Assembly (NCBI GenBank): GCA_016204045.1
Contig: JACQLQ010000001.1
Location: 21,515 to 85,514 of the forward strand
Reading direction: 5' to 3'
Length of the DNA stretch: 64,000 nt
Origin: Parcubacteria group bacterium
GTDB taxonomy: Bacteria > Patescibacteriota > Minisyncoccia > Phycocordibacterales > UBA2135
Position numbers and translations under genes: made by a program
Notes under the pieces: model-generated
The model's input: only the letters and a program-made list of their open reading frames with translations
Told to the model about the DNA's origin: nothing
Database searches by the model: none
In this document: in pieces, positions 38,064-48,001 of the stretch
How the letters are laid out: each line of letters begins with the position of its first letter
Position numbering within the stretch: position 1 is the first letter of the stretch

Positions 38064-38275
38064 ATTGGAGGGGTCACTTTAAACGTTAAAGTCCCCAACC
38101 TCCAGACAATCCTTTAAGTTCCGTGCAAGGAATAAAAAGGCAGATATAACCTTGAGAAACACCTCAGTTATATCTGCCGAAGCAGAAAAACCAAGACGCT
38201 CTTAGGAAACACCCAAATGATCAAAAAATGATCTGATTGCCTGGAGGTTGGGGACTTTAAATGTGCTATCGTAAA
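38064..38275. repeat. Complex palindromic element: perfect 20-bp terminal inverted repeats (ttaaagtccccaacctccag / ctggaggttggggactttaa) enclosing ~135 bp with a perfect 12-bp internal hairpin
   Basis: The outer arms lie at 38086-38105 and 38241-38260. The inner hairpin is ggcagatataac ... gttatatctgcc at 38139-38178, with further small palindromes actttaaacgttaaagt and gatcaaaaaatgatc. Confidence 0.6.
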
Positions 38276-38362
38276 GAGGAAGACACGAGCTAGAGAGTTC
38301 GTGTCGTATACAAAGAAGGCTCGTTCGCCTCTTTACGCATACGTTATCATAAAACACTTAAA

Positions 38363-39376
38363 ATGTCAAGTAACCCAACAGAGCCTCTTAAGAAGGACGC
38401 CGCCCTAGATCACCTCTTGCGCCCCGCAACACTGGGGGAGTATATAGGACAAAAACGGATAAAGCAAAACCTTGAAATTTTGCTCAAGGCGGCCAAAGAA
38501 CGCTCACATCCGCCGGAGCATCTTCTTTTTTACGGCCCACCGGGCTTGGGAAAAACAACGCTTGCAAACCTTATCGCCCGAGAACTTGGAGCAGACATTA
38601 AAACTACATCCGGGCCAGCAATAGAAAAGGTTGGTGATCTTGCTTCTATAGTTACCAACCTCTCTCCTGGGGATGTCCTTTTCATAGACGAAATCCATCG
38701 CCTTTCAAAAACAGTCGAGGAAATGCTTTACCCAGCAATGGAGTCTGGTAAGCTTGATATTATCTTGGGCAAGGGCCCTTCGGCCCGCATCATCCAGCTT
38801 GAGTTGGCGCCCTTTACGCTTGTTGCTGCCACAACACGCGTCGCCCTTCTCTCTGCGCCACTTCGTTCCCGCTTTTCGGGCGGAGTGTTTCGTTTGGAGT
38901 TTTATACCCTTGAAGAAATGAAGCAAATCCTTAGGCGCTCCGCCCAAATTCTTGGGGTTTCTTTACCTGAAGATGCCTGCGAGGAGATAGCAATACGAAG
39001 TAGGTGTACCCCAAGAACAGCAAACTATTTATTAAAACGGTGCCGAGATTTTGCTCAGGTCGCCAAACGCCCCCTTGAGAAGGATGCTGTGCAAAAAGCG
39101 CTATCACTTCTTGAAATCGACGAAAGGGGGCTCTCTGCCCTCGACCAGCAGATTCTTGCTGCTATTATCGAAAAATACCACGGTGGGCCCGTTGGTATTG
39201 GGACCATTGCTGCTTCTCTTTCTGAGGAACGCTCGACCATCGAGGAGGTTAATGAGCCCTACCTCATTCAGCTTGGGTTTCTCGAGCGAACATCGCGTGG
39301 ACGTGTGGCGACAGACGCGGCATACAAGCACCTTGGCCTTAAGGCACCAGAAAACAGACAGGAGCGCTTGATTTGA
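38363..39376 (+). CDS. ruvB: Holliday junction DNA helicase RuvB
   Basis: LLFYGPPGLGKTTLANLIA Walker A, DEIHRL Walker B and sensor motifs. Confidence 0.9.
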   Translation: MSSNPTEPLKKDAALDHLLRPATLGEYIGQKRIKQNLEILLKAAKERSHPPEHLLFYGPPGLGKTTLANLIARELGADIKTTSGPAIEKVGDLASIVTNLSPGDVLFIDEIHRLSKTVEEMLYPAMESGKLDIILGKGPSARIIQLELAPFTLVAATTRVALLSAPLRSRFSGGVFRLEFYTLEEMKQILRRSAQILGVSLPEDACEEIAIRSRCTPRTANYLLKRCRDFAQVAKRPLEKDAVQKALSLLEIDERGLSALDQQILAAIIEKYHGGPVGIGTIAASLSEERSTIEEVNEPYLIQLGFLERTSRGRVATDAAYKHLGLKAPENRQERLI

Positions 39377-39454
39377 GCAGCGTGTCGTACGATTTTGCAC
39401 TTCCTTTAAAAACTTGAATAAAAATATTTTCTTCAGTTACAATACAGATACCAT

Positions 39455-39985
39455 ATGTCTGGTCATAATAAGTGGTCACAAATTAAAAGAAAGAAGGGCA
39501 TCACAGACGCAAAAAAGAGTCGCGAGTTTTCGAAGTTGGCACAGGTAATAACCATGGAGGCAAGGAGGGTTGGTGGCGACACAAACGCATCAACGTTAAA
39601 AAATGTCGTTGAGCGCGCCCGTGTTGCAAACATGCCTCTCGCAAACATTGAGCGGGCAATCAAGCGAGCCACAGAAAAAGACGCGGCCTCTCTTGAGGAG
39701 GTCACGTATGAAGCATATGGTCCTGGTGGTACCGCTATTATTGTCGAGTGTTTGACTGATAACAAAAACCGGACGGTTGCGGAGGTAAAGAAAATCCTTG
39801 CTGACAACAGCGCCGTGTTCGTCGAGCGCGGCGCCGCCAAGTGGGCTTTTGTAAAAGAAGGTAACGAATGGAACCCAACCTCCACCGTGTCCCCCGAAGA
39901 CGATGATCTTGAAAAGCTTGGGGCCTTGGTCGACGCACTTGAAGAGCAAAGTGACGTGCAGGGGGTGTTTACCAACGCCTCGTAA
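39455..39985 (+). CDS. yebC: YebC/PmpR-family probable transcriptional regulator
   Basis: MSGHNKWSQIKRKKG start, and a position between ruvB and ruvC. Confidence 0.8.
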   Translation: MSGHNKWSQIKRKKGITDAKKSREFSKLAQVITMEARRVGGDTNASTLKNVVERARVANMPLANIERAIKRATEKDAASLEEVTYEAYGPGGTAIIVECLTDNKNRTVAEVKKILADNSAVFVERGAAKWAFVKEGNEWNPTSTVSPEDDDLEKLGALVDALEEQSDVQGVFTNAS

Positions 39986-39998
39986 ATCTGCCACGACA

Positions 39999-40487
39999 AT
40001 GAGAATCATTGCTATAGACCCGGGCTTTGAGCGTGTTGGGGTTGCTGTGTTGGAAAAATCAGCGGGTAAAGAAGTTCTCATCTTCTCTGATTGTATTAGA
40101 ACAAATCCTAAAGATGTTTTTGAAGAGCGTTTGCGCGTCATTGGAACCGCGTTTGGAAAGCTTGTCGAAACGTACGCACCTGAGGTTCTCGCGATAGAAA
40201 CGCTACTGTTTAACACCAATCAAAAAACAGCGATGAAGGTTGCCGAAGGGCGCGGAACCATCGTTTTCAAAGCAAAGGAGGCTGGGCTCCACGTCGAAGA
40301 ATATACCCCACTTCAAATAAAGGTTGCCATTACGGGTTGGGGGCGAGCCCCAAAAGAACAAGTGACACTCATGGTGAAGCAGCTTCTGCGCGTTCCTGAA
40401 AAGAAGGGGCGATTGGATGATGAATATGACGCAATCGCTGTGGGGCTTACCCACTTTGCCACAGAGAAAACTCGGTCACTCTCTTGA
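39999..40487 (+). CDS. ruvC: Crossover junction endodeoxyribonuclease RuvC
   Basis: MRIIAIDPGFERVGVAVLE start with catalytic acidic residues and DEYDAIAVGLTH near the C-terminus. Confidence 0.8.
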   Translation: MRIIAIDPGFERVGVAVLEKSAGKEVLIFSDCIRTNPKDVFEERLRVIGTAFGKLVETYAPEVLAIETLLFNTNQKTAMKVAEGRGTIVFKAKEAGLHVEEYTPLQIKVAITGWGRAPKEQVTLMVKQLLRVPEKKGRLDDEYDAIAVGLTHFATEKTRSLS

Positions 40488-40629
40488 CGTAATTGGTTAT
40501 CCACAACCCAATCTTTTTTACTCTTGCATTACCAATAGAATCTGCTAAAAATAGAAGCACTGCGTCTTAGAGACGTAAGAAGTCCAATTAAAAGTTTTAG
40601 GTCGCAAATAAATTTTTAAATCATAAGCG

Positions 40630-40758
40630 CATGTTACCTGACGAATTTGCACAAAGTGGAGAGCTCGGCCTCGAGGAAGAGGAGGCGGACGAAGAGGGTG
40701 AGGATGGAGTGGAAGGAGATGACACCCTTTTTGAGAGCGAAGAAGAGACCGAGGAATA
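40630..40758 (+). CDS. Small highly acidic peptide ORF (42 aa, about 50% Glu/Asp)
   Basis: MLPDEFAQSGELGLEEEEADEEGEDGVEGDDTLFESEEETEE, followed immediately by a strong hairpin. Whether it is coding is uncertain. Confidence 0.25.
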
Positions 40759-40767
40759 ATTTGCATT

Positions 40768-40814
40768 GAACATAACAAAACTCGGTCGCTCAAGGCGACC
40801 GAGTTTTGTTATGT
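40768..40814. terminator. Strong bidirectional hairpin (21-bp perfect stem) between the acidic small ORF and tyrS
   Basis: aacataacaaaactcggtcgc-tcaa-ggcgaccgagttttgttatgtt. Confidence 0.5.
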
Positions 40815-40819
40815 TGGGC

Positions 40820-42088
40820 TCAAAGAAGAACGCGTAGGAACCGCCGCTTTCCGATTTTGAACGTTGTCGGTTTTGTAATGACGTGTTTTTCGTCTTCGAT
40901 CAGGTGTGCTTGGTCGAGATCTGTTACTGCTCCCTCTTTGACCAAACGTCTGAATTCCGTCTTTGATGCTACAGTTCCTTCTCGCAACAAAACATCGACG
41001 AGCAATTCTCCTGACGAAGCGGTCGTTTGCGGCGCCTCTCTTGGTGTGTCTTTTTTTTGAAATGTCGCAACAAAAAACGCCTCTGCCTCAATGGCATCTT
41101 TTTCTCCGTGGTATGTTTTCACAACCTCACGCGCAAGCAACATTTTTAGATCTCGCCGATTCTCGGGGTGTGAAAAATCTTTTTCCATTTTTCTAACATT
41201 AGAAATCGAAGCAAGTGTGGAGTGTTCGAGAACAGAGACTACTACTTCGTCGGGTAGCGCCATTACTTTACCGTACATGTCTTGCGGAGCGTCGTTCAGT
41301 GCAACATACCCACCCTCACTTTTGCTCATGAGTTTCTTTCCTGTCCGCGGATCTTCGAGTAGTGGGGTTGTGATGACAAATTTTTCTTTATTGTTATAGG
41401 TTTTTTGTAAATCACGACCAACAAGCATATTAAACGTCTGGTCGGTGCCCCCAACCTCTACGTCGACATCCATTGCGACACTGTCGTATCCCTGAAGAAG
41501 TGGGTAGAAAAATTCATGAAGGTAGATCGGTTTGTGCGCAATAAGGCGACGCTCAAACATGTCACGCTCAATCATGCGTTGCACAGTTACGTGTGCAGCA
41601 AGTTTAAGAATCTCTTCGGGAGAAAGTTTAGAGAGCCACACACTATTCTTTTTGATGACAGCTGGGTTTTCTTTGTCGTCTAGATGCAAAACTTTTCCCA
41701 CTTGTTTTTTCCATGTCTTGATGTTCTCTTCAATTTCTTCTTCTGTAAGGGCTTTTCGTGCTGCGTCCTTGTCGGTGGGATCCCCGATTCGTGCCGTAAA
41801 ATCGCCAAAAAGGACGATTATCTCGTGTCCAAGCTTTCTCATTCTCTCGAGGAGAATGAAGTTGGTTGCGTGACCAAGGTGAAGGTCGGGGCCCGTCGGA
41901 TCTGCTCCGATATAAAAGCGGAGGCGCTTGCCCGTAAGGAGTATTTTTTTTAACGCTTCTTTGGAGGGAAGAATGTTCGCGACGCTTCTTTCGAGTGCCT
42001 CGTCAATTTTTTTCTCATCGGTCAGAACGTTCATATACGGTATTGTACCATACGATTTCATTGGGCACGCAGGCTTCTTTGGTACCAA
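40820..42088 (-). CDS. tyrS: Tyrosyl-tRNA synthetase
   Basis: HIGH motif (DLHLGH), KMSKS variant (KLMSKS) and a C-terminal S4 domain. Confidence 0.9.
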   Translation of the reverse strand: MVPKKPACPMKSYGTIPYMNVLTDEKKIDEALERSVANILPSKEALKKILLTGKRLRFYIGADPTGPDLHLGHATNFILLERMRKLGHEIIVLFGDFTARIGDPTDKDAARKALTEEEIEENIKTWKKQVGKVLHLDDKENPAVIKKNSVWLSKLSPEEILKLAAHVTVQRMIERDMFERRLIAHKPIYLHEFFYPLLQGYDSVAMDVDVEVGGTDQTFNMLVGRDLQKTYNNKEKFVITTPLLEDPRTGKKLMSKSEGGYVALNDAPQDMYGKVMALPDEVVVSVLEHSTLASISNVRKMEKDFSHPENRRDLKMLLAREVVKTYHGEKDAIEAEAFFVATFQKKDTPREAPQTTASSGELLVDVLLREGTVASKTEFRRLVKEGAVTDLDQAHLIEDEKHVITKPTTFKIGKRRFLRVLL

Positions 42089-42134
42089 GAAAAATTGTCA
42101 ATCAATCTTTTGCGTGGTATTATAGCGCCATACC

Positions 42135-44645
42135 ATGCGAAAACGAAGGTTTTTTCTCAAAAACACACTCTTGGTCTTGTTCGCCATCGGCCTTTTTTCT
42201 ACCGGTGGTCTTTTGTTGTGGGCTTCAACCCTGCAAATTCCTGATCTCGAAACGTTTGATGAGCGGCGCGTTGTTGAAACAACAAAAATATACGATCGAA
42301 CTGGTGAGGTGCTCCTTTACGAGGCCAACCAAGACATTCAGCGCACAAGTGTGCCTTTTGACCTCATTTCTCGGCACCTCAAAAACGCAACGGTCGCTAT
42401 TGAAGATGCTGAGTTCTATGATCACTCGGGCATAAAACCGACAGCGATACTTCGAGCTGTTATTGTAAATATTTTTTCCTTGGGGTTCGAACAGGGAGGT
42501 TCTACAATTACGCAACAGGTTGTTAAGAACTCTTTGCTTACCTCAAAAAAGACCATACCAAGAAAACTCAAGGAGTGGGTGCTCGCACTTAAAATTGAGG
42601 GTGTGATGACAAAAGAGGAGATCCTCGAGCTTTACCTGAACGAAGCACCCTACGGAGGAAGCATCTACGGAGTTGAGGAGGCAAGCAGGGCGTTCTTTAA
42701 CAAGGGGGCTGAAGAACTCTCCTTGAATGAGGCGGCCTACCTGGCCTCTCTTCCGCAGGCGCCAACATACTACTCCCCTTACGGAAACAACCGGGAGGCT
42801 CTTGATCAACGAAAGGATATCGTCCTCGGGCGCATGCTTGAGCTCGGTTTTATAACTGAGGAAGAACATGCGGGGGCAAAGGGCGTCGTCGCGTCCTTTG
42901 AACCAGCCGCAACCCTCGGCATTCGTGCTCCGCATTTTGTTTTTTATGTCCTTGAGCAGTTGGAGGGAACGTACGGGCGCGAGCGAGTAGAAAATGGTGG
43001 GTTTCGTGTAATCACGACACTTGATTACGGCCTACAAGAAAAGGCCGAGGAAATCGTACGTCGTTACGCTGAAGAAAACGTTATAAAGTTTAAAGCAACA
43101 AACGCCGGGCTTATTGCTATTGACCCAAAAACTGGGCAGGTCCTTGTTATGGTGGGCTCAAAAAACTACTTCGCGGAAGACATCGATGGCAATTTTAATG
43201 TAACAACAAAGCCAAATCGACAGCCCGGGTCAGCCTTTAAGCCGTTTGTGTACGCAACGGCCCTAGAAAAGGGGTATACAGCCGATACGGTCGTCTTTGA
43301 CCTCCCGACGCAGTTTAGTACCGAATGTGATGCAAAAGGAAAGCCCCTCAGTCCGGATGTTAAGGAAGAGACGTGTTACATGCCCCAAAACTATGATGAG
43401 AAGTTTCGTGGACCAATAACATTCCGAGATGCACTCGCCCAGTCAATCAACGTTCCTGCGGTTAAGGTATTGTATCTCTCTGGTTTGCAAGACTCTCTTA
43501 AAACTGCCCGAAATATGGGCATCACAAGCCTGAACGATCCAAATCGCTACGGACTTACTTTGGTCCTTGGTGGTGGCGAGGTGTCGCTCATTGAGATGAC
43601 GAGTGCGTATTCGGTCTTTGCAAATAAGGGGGTTCGGAACCCACACTACAGCATCATTGAGGTAAGAGACGGAAATGGGGAAATGCTTGAGTCGTCAACT
43701 CCAAAACCCAAGCAGGTCTTGTCCCCCGAGATTGCTGGGACAATCACTGATATTCTTTCGGACAATAAAGCAAGGACACCCGCTTTCGGTGCCTCTTCCC
43801 CACTTTATTTTCCAGGAAGAGACGTGGCCGCGAAAACTGGTACAACGAACGATTCTCGCGACGCCTGGATTATTGGGTACACACCCAATATAGCTGTTGG
43901 TGCGTGGGTTGGAAACAACGACAACAGTGAAATGGTGAAAAGTGTTGCTGGGTTTATTGTTGCGCCGATGTGGAATGCGTTTATGAAGACTGCTCTTGAG
44001 AAACTTCCTGACGAACCTTTTGCTTCTGTTTCGTATGATTACCCAGACGGCTTTAAGCCCGTGCTTCGTGGTGTCTGGCAGGGCGGGGAAACGTACACCA
44101 TAGACACCGTATCTGGCAATCTTGCAACAGCACACACTCCTGAGGAGACGAGGAGAGAGGTTGTTCTCACTGACGTGCACTCAATTCTTTATTGGTTGAA
44201 CAAAGGAGACCCTCGAGGCCCCAGGCCGGCATTCCCTGAAGAAGATTCTCAGTTCCTGTTGTGGGAAGAGCCCGTTCTTCTCTGGGCGGCGGGGTTGGGC
44301 CTCGCAAAAGAAGCCTCACCGAGCATCCCACAAAAATACGACGAGGTGCACAAACCCGAGTATGCGCCATCACTTGCTGTGTTTGGTCTCGATGAAACCA
44401 CGTATCACAAGCGAAACGAGCGTGTTTCGTTTGCTGTCACTGGAAGTGGTGCACACACACTAAGCAGGGTTGATTTGTTCATAAACAACACGTATGTTGG
44501 CATGTCTGACCGAGCGCCGTTTCAGTTTTCTTTCGTTCCTGGGAATGTTTCTGGGCTGAAAAATGAAAACAAATTAACCTTGGTTGGATACGATACTGTA
44601 AAAAACAAAGGTGTGCGGGAGTTTGTCTTTCTTGTCGAGGACTAA
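42135..44645 (+). CDS. Class A penicillin-binding protein (PBP1A, transglycosylase + transpeptidase)
   Basis: N-terminal TM helix, glycosyltransferase 51 motifs (EDAEFYDHSGI, GGSTITQQVVKN), a transpeptidase SxxK/KTG region and a C-terminal extension. Confidence 0.85.
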   Translation: MRKRRFFLKNTLLVLFAIGLFSTGGLLLWASTLQIPDLETFDERRVVETTKIYDRTGEVLLYEANQDIQRTSVPFDLISRHLKNATVAIEDAEFYDHSGIKPTAILRAVIVNIFSLGFEQGGSTITQQVVKNSLLTSKKTIPRKLKEWVLALKIEGVMTKEEILELYLNEAPYGGSIYGVEEASRAFFNKGAEELSLNEAAYLASLPQAPTYYSPYGNNREALDQRKDIVLGRMLELGFITEEEHAGAKGVVASFEPAATLGIRAPHFVFYVLEQLEGTYGRERVENGGFRVITTLDYGLQEKAEEIVRRYAEENVIKFKATNAGLIAIDPKTGQVLVMVGSKNYFAEDIDGNFNVTTKPNRQPGSAFKPFVYATALEKGYTADTVVFDLPTQFSTECDAKGKPLSPDVKEETCYMPQNYDEKFRGPITFRDALAQSINVPAVKVLYLSGLQDSLKTARNMGITSLNDPNRYGLTLVLGGGEVSLIEMTSAYSVFANKGVRNPHYSIIEVRDGNGEMLESSTPKPKQVLSPEIAGTITDILSDNKARTPAFGASSPLYFPGRDVAAKTGTTNDSRDAWIIGYTPNIAVGAWVGNNDNSEMVKSVAGFIVAPMWNAFMKTALEKLPDEPFASVSYDYPDGFKPVLRGVWQGGETYTIDTVSGNLATAHTPEETRREVVLTDVHSILYWLNKGDPRGPRPAFPEEDSQFLLWEEPVLLWAAGLGLAKEASPSIPQKYDEVHKPEYAPSLAVFGLDETTYHKRNERVSFAVTGSGAHTLSRVDLFINNTYVGMSDRAPFQFSFVPGNVSGLKNENKLTLVGYDTVKNKGVREFVFLVED

Positions 44646-44728
44646 AAACACCCCCTACTGGGGGTGTTTTTTAATACTTAATTGCGGAAGACCGGGGTCG
44701 TAGTGTCCCAACTAGAGTACGGGGGGAA

Positions 44729-44986
44729 TCATCGTATGTCAGAAAACTGCCGTTCTTTGAGTTCGCTGTTTGCTATCTTTAAAATCCTTCCTCTTTCCAT
44801 AAAGATTGTTGCCTTAACTCCGTGGCGCTCTTTAACAAAGATTGTGTTGCCTTTGAGTACTATGGCCTTATCGTCAATGGAGATCCCCGTAACCTCCTCG
44901 ATTGCCTTACTGATACAAGTTTTTATATACGCCTCGGGTGGTGTGAGTGCTTGGTATTTACTGAGTAGGTTCTTTATCCAAGACAT
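44729..44986 (-). CDS. DUF721/DciA-like small protein downstream of dnaN
   Basis: 85 aa whose core AIVLKGNTIFVKERHGVKATIFMERGRILKIANSEL fits the DUF721 pattern. Position immediately after dnaN as in actinobacterial dnaA-dnaN-recF-dciA loci. Confidence 0.4.
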   Translation of the reverse strand: MSWIKNLLSKYQALTPPEAYIKTCISKAIEEVTGISIDDKAIVLKGNTIFVKERHGVKATIFMERGRILKIANSELKERQFSDIR

Positions 44987-44990
44987 GGAC

Positions 44991-46091
44991 TTATTGGTTT
45001 AAGGGCATAATCAGCGCCGTAAACGAACGGTCCCCAACCCCCTGGACCACCAATGGTTTTGATCCACCGTTACATTGCAAAGAAACACTGTCTGTTGTTA
45101 TTGATTGTAAGGAATCAACAACATACCTGTGGTTAAAATTGAGAGAGACGCCTTCTCCGGAAAAAGACGAGTCGATAAAGGCCGTATTCTCACCAACATC
45201 GGGGTTCCTTGAGGTAATAGAAAAAGTTTTCCCTTTTGGATCAACAACCAAGGTGATTTGGTTAAACTTGTCTGCAAAGAGGGTTGTTGTTTTTAGTGCG
45301 TTCACAAAATCCTGTTTCAACACAATAACCTCTGTTGTGTGCTCTTTGGGGATGATTTGTTTGTAGTCTGGGAAAACGCCCTGGATAAGCCTTGAGGTGA
45401 GGTAAATTCCTCCGCTCTTGAATGATATTTGGTTGTCGTCAAAAGATATTTTAATGTCTTCTTTTGTTGCATCAAAAACGCGGATAATCTCTGCGACATT
45501 TCTAATAGGAACAAGGAGTGTTTCTCCATCAACCTCTGTTTCGTAGTCAATAATTTTTTCAGCGAGTCGGAAGGAGTCGGTAGCTGTAAATGTAATTGTT
45601 TTGTTGTTAATACCGAGGAAAACACTGGCTATCTCGGGTTTAATATCGGAAACTGATGCACTGTACCAAACTGATCTTAGTCCGTTTACGAGTTTTTCTG
45701 GTTTAATCTGGATTGTCTTTTTATTCGATGAAACAACAGGGAGTGTTGGGAAATCCTCGTTCGGGAAACTTTTAATAACGGCTTTGTTTTTTTGTGATTG
45801 AACAAAGAGATTACCATCCTTAACTTCAAGAGATATTGTTTCGTCGGTTATGTTTGATAAGAGATTGTTTAGTATGTTTCCAGGAACAGCAACTATTCCT
45901 TTTTTGTGTACCTTAACAGGTAGTGTGATCTCTATTCCAATATCAAGGTTGGTTGCTCTAATAGTGATTGATTTATCATCAACAACAAGCAGGACTGTTC
46001 CAAGGATAGGTAGGGTGAGGTTTTTCCCAGTCATCTTCTCTGCAAAAGAGAGTGCGGTTTTTAATTTGTCCTTTCTGCTTTCTATTTGCAT
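44991..46091 (-). CDS. dnaN: DNA polymerase III beta sliding clamp
   Basis: MQIESRKDKLKTALSFAEKMTGKNLTLPILGTVLL start, 366 aa, three-domain length. Confidence 0.9.
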   Translation of the reverse strand: MQIESRKDKLKTALSFAEKMTGKNLTLPILGTVLLVVDDKSITIRATNLDIGIEITLPVKVHKKGIVAVPGNILNNLLSNITDETISLEVKDGNLFVQSQKNKAVIKSFPNEDFPTLPVVSSNKKTIQIKPEKLVNGLRSVWYSASVSDIKPEIASVFLGINNKTITFTATDSFRLAEKIIDYETEVDGETLLVPIRNVAEIIRVFDATKEDIKISFDDNQISFKSGGIYLTSRLIQGVFPDYKQIIPKEHTTEVIVLKQDFVNALKTTTLFADKFNQITLVVDPKGKTFSITSRNPDVGENTAFIDSSFSGEGVSLNFNHRYVVDSLQSITTDSVSLQCNGGSKPLVVQGVGDRSFTALIMPLNQ

Positions 46092-46343
46092 ATATAATTA
46101 AAGATAGTGAACTAATGATTATTGTTATTATTGGTATGTGGAAACAGTGGAAATCTATTTTACCCTTTAATATCAAAGCAAAACACAGCACCCAAAAAGA
46201 ACTACTTGTTTATTGCATGTGTATAACATGTTGTTAAAAACACTAGCATACAACCCACACGTCACCAACTCAAGAAATATACCAATCTTTTCAACAACCA
46301 ATCCCTACGTTATACCCAAACTTTCAACAACTAATCCACACAA
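46092..46343. other. oriC: Probable oriC: AT-rich DUE plus DnaA-box-like 9-mers in the dnaA-dnaN intergenic region
   Basis: AT-rich tract atatataattaaagatagtgaactaatgattattgttattatt. Box-like 9-mers TGTGGAAAC, TGTGTATAA, TAATCCACA and TTATACCCA against the consensus TTATCCACA/TGTGGATAA. Confidence 0.6.
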
Positions 46344-47717
46344 CTAAAACATTGATCGGATCTGCTCAAGGTCTTGAGAAAGCACCACATCCATCGCAAT
46401 ATCCCTCTTAACCTTTTCACATGAATGGATAACTGTTGTGTGATCTCTTCCCCCCAACTTTTGTCCTATTGTCGGAAAAGAGATACCAAAGTCCTCGCGA
46501 AGCAAGAACATGATGATTTGTCGAGGGCGGACAACCTCCTTTCTCCTTGTTTTTTCATATATCACCCCTTTTTCTATGTTATAAAATCCGGAAACAATAC
46601 CAACAACATCATCAACAGACAATGATTTTCGAGGTTTTTCACTATTTTTTATAAGCGACTTAACCTCGTTTATTGTGAGATTGCGCTTTTTGAGCTGTGC
46701 TTGGCACACAATAACATTCAAAACACCCTCAAGCTCACGTATGCTTCCTCGCGCTGTGTTTGCGACGTGATCGATAATCTCGGGAGAAGGGCAAAAATCA
46801 ATATTCTTTGATTTTGATTGTAAAATCGCCACCTTTGACTCAAAGTTGGGGTCTTGAATATCAATAATCATACCCGCCCCAAAGCGTGAACGGAGGCGGT
46901 CCTCCAGAGTGCCAATATAGTTCGGGTGCTTATCGGAAGAAAAGATAATCTGTTTGTTTTTGTCGTAAAGCTCATTAAAGAGGTGGAAGAGCTCGTCTTG
47001 GGTGCTTTGTTTGCCGGTCAAAAACTGGACATCGTCCATAATTAAAACATCATATTTTCTATATTTTTCTTTAAAGGTTCCAACCTTGTTTGCCCCAACG
47101 GCGTTCACAAAATCAAGATAAAAACGTTCCGCCGTTACATAAAAGACCCTTTTGTCTTTTGCTGTCTCCTTTATTTTATTCCCCGTCGCTTGTAGAAGGT
47201 GTGTTTTGCCAAGACCAGTTCCTCCATAGACGAATAACGGATTATACGAGTGCCCAGGAGACTCTATAATCGAACGGGCGGCGGCATAAGCAACCTCGTT
47301 GAAGGGTCCCACGACGAACGAATCGAATGTGTACCGCGGGTTTAAGTTATCTTCCTTGTTAACGTAAAGATCCTTAAGAGGAAGCTCGTTTGTGTATGAC
47401 GGGACCCCACGCTCCTTTTCCTGTTTTTCGGTGTATTTTTCTCCTCGAGGGACAATAACGTAGTCAACACCCCGTACGTACGGAGAAACATTGCGCAGAG
47501 ACTTCAAAATAAACTTGTGATATTTCCCCTGAAGCCACTCTTTCACAAAACCATTAGGCACAGAGATATGTATTACCCCCTCCTCCTCCTTTAAAACACA
47601 AGTATTTTTAAACCACGTAGTAAAATTTGCCTTCGAAACGCTAAGTTCTATCTCAGTGAGGGCGCGTTCCCAGAGTTGCTCGATGTCGGTTGCTGTTTTT
47701 GTCTCTGATTCTTGCAT
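46344..47717 (-). CDS. dnaA: Chromosomal replication initiator DnaA
   Basis: AAA+ Walker A GGTGLGKTHLLQA and a C-terminal DNA-binding domain. Start moved to MQESETK. Confidence 0.9.
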   Translation of the reverse strand: MQESETKTATDIEQLWERALTEIELSVSKANFTTWFKNTCVLKEEEGVIHISVPNGFVKEWLQGKYHKFILKSLRNVSPYVRGVDYVIVPRGEKYTEKQEKERGVPSYTNELPLKDLYVNKEDNLNPRYTFDSFVVGPFNEVAYAAARSIIESPGHSYNPLFVYGGTGLGKTHLLQATGNKIKETAKDKRVFYVTAERFYLDFVNAVGANKVGTFKEKYRKYDVLIMDDVQFLTGKQSTQDELFHLFNELYDKNKQIIFSSDKHPNYIGTLEDRLRSRFGAGMIIDIQDPNFESKVAILQSKSKNIDFCPSPEIIDHVANTARGSIRELEGVLNVIVCQAQLKKRNLTINEVKSLIKNSEKPRKSLSVDDVVGIVSGFYNIEKGVIYEKTRRKEVVRPRQIIMFLLREDFGISFPTIGQKLGGRDHTTVIHSCEKVKRDIAMDVVLSQDLEQIRSMF

Positions 47718-47789
47718 GAGGAGAAAGTTACAAGTGAATGAAGTGAAAGGCAGACACCAATAATCTCTATAGTATATCGGTAAACCAAA

Positions 47790-47850
47790 CACGAGAGAAC
47801 TTGCGAAAAGAGCCTCAATATGTTGATAAGCTGTTCATAAGGTGTGTATA
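47790..47850. promoter_or_regulatory. DnaA-box-like cluster upstream of dnaA (autoregulatory / second origin module)
   Basis: TGTTGATAA (8/9), TGTTCATAA and TGTGTATAG lie within the rpmH-dnaA divergent intergenic region. Confidence 0.35.
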
Positions 47851-48001
47851 GCAACAAGTTGAACAGTTTTGGCTCGCGTGAGCAGATTTTTTCGTTGAAA
47901 CGAAACATACCAACCCAACAGCGAACTTTTTTGACACTTTTTGTGCCACTTGCGCACCACAATTTTGTTTTTAAGGCGTTTATGGTAGACTATGAAGCAT
48001 A

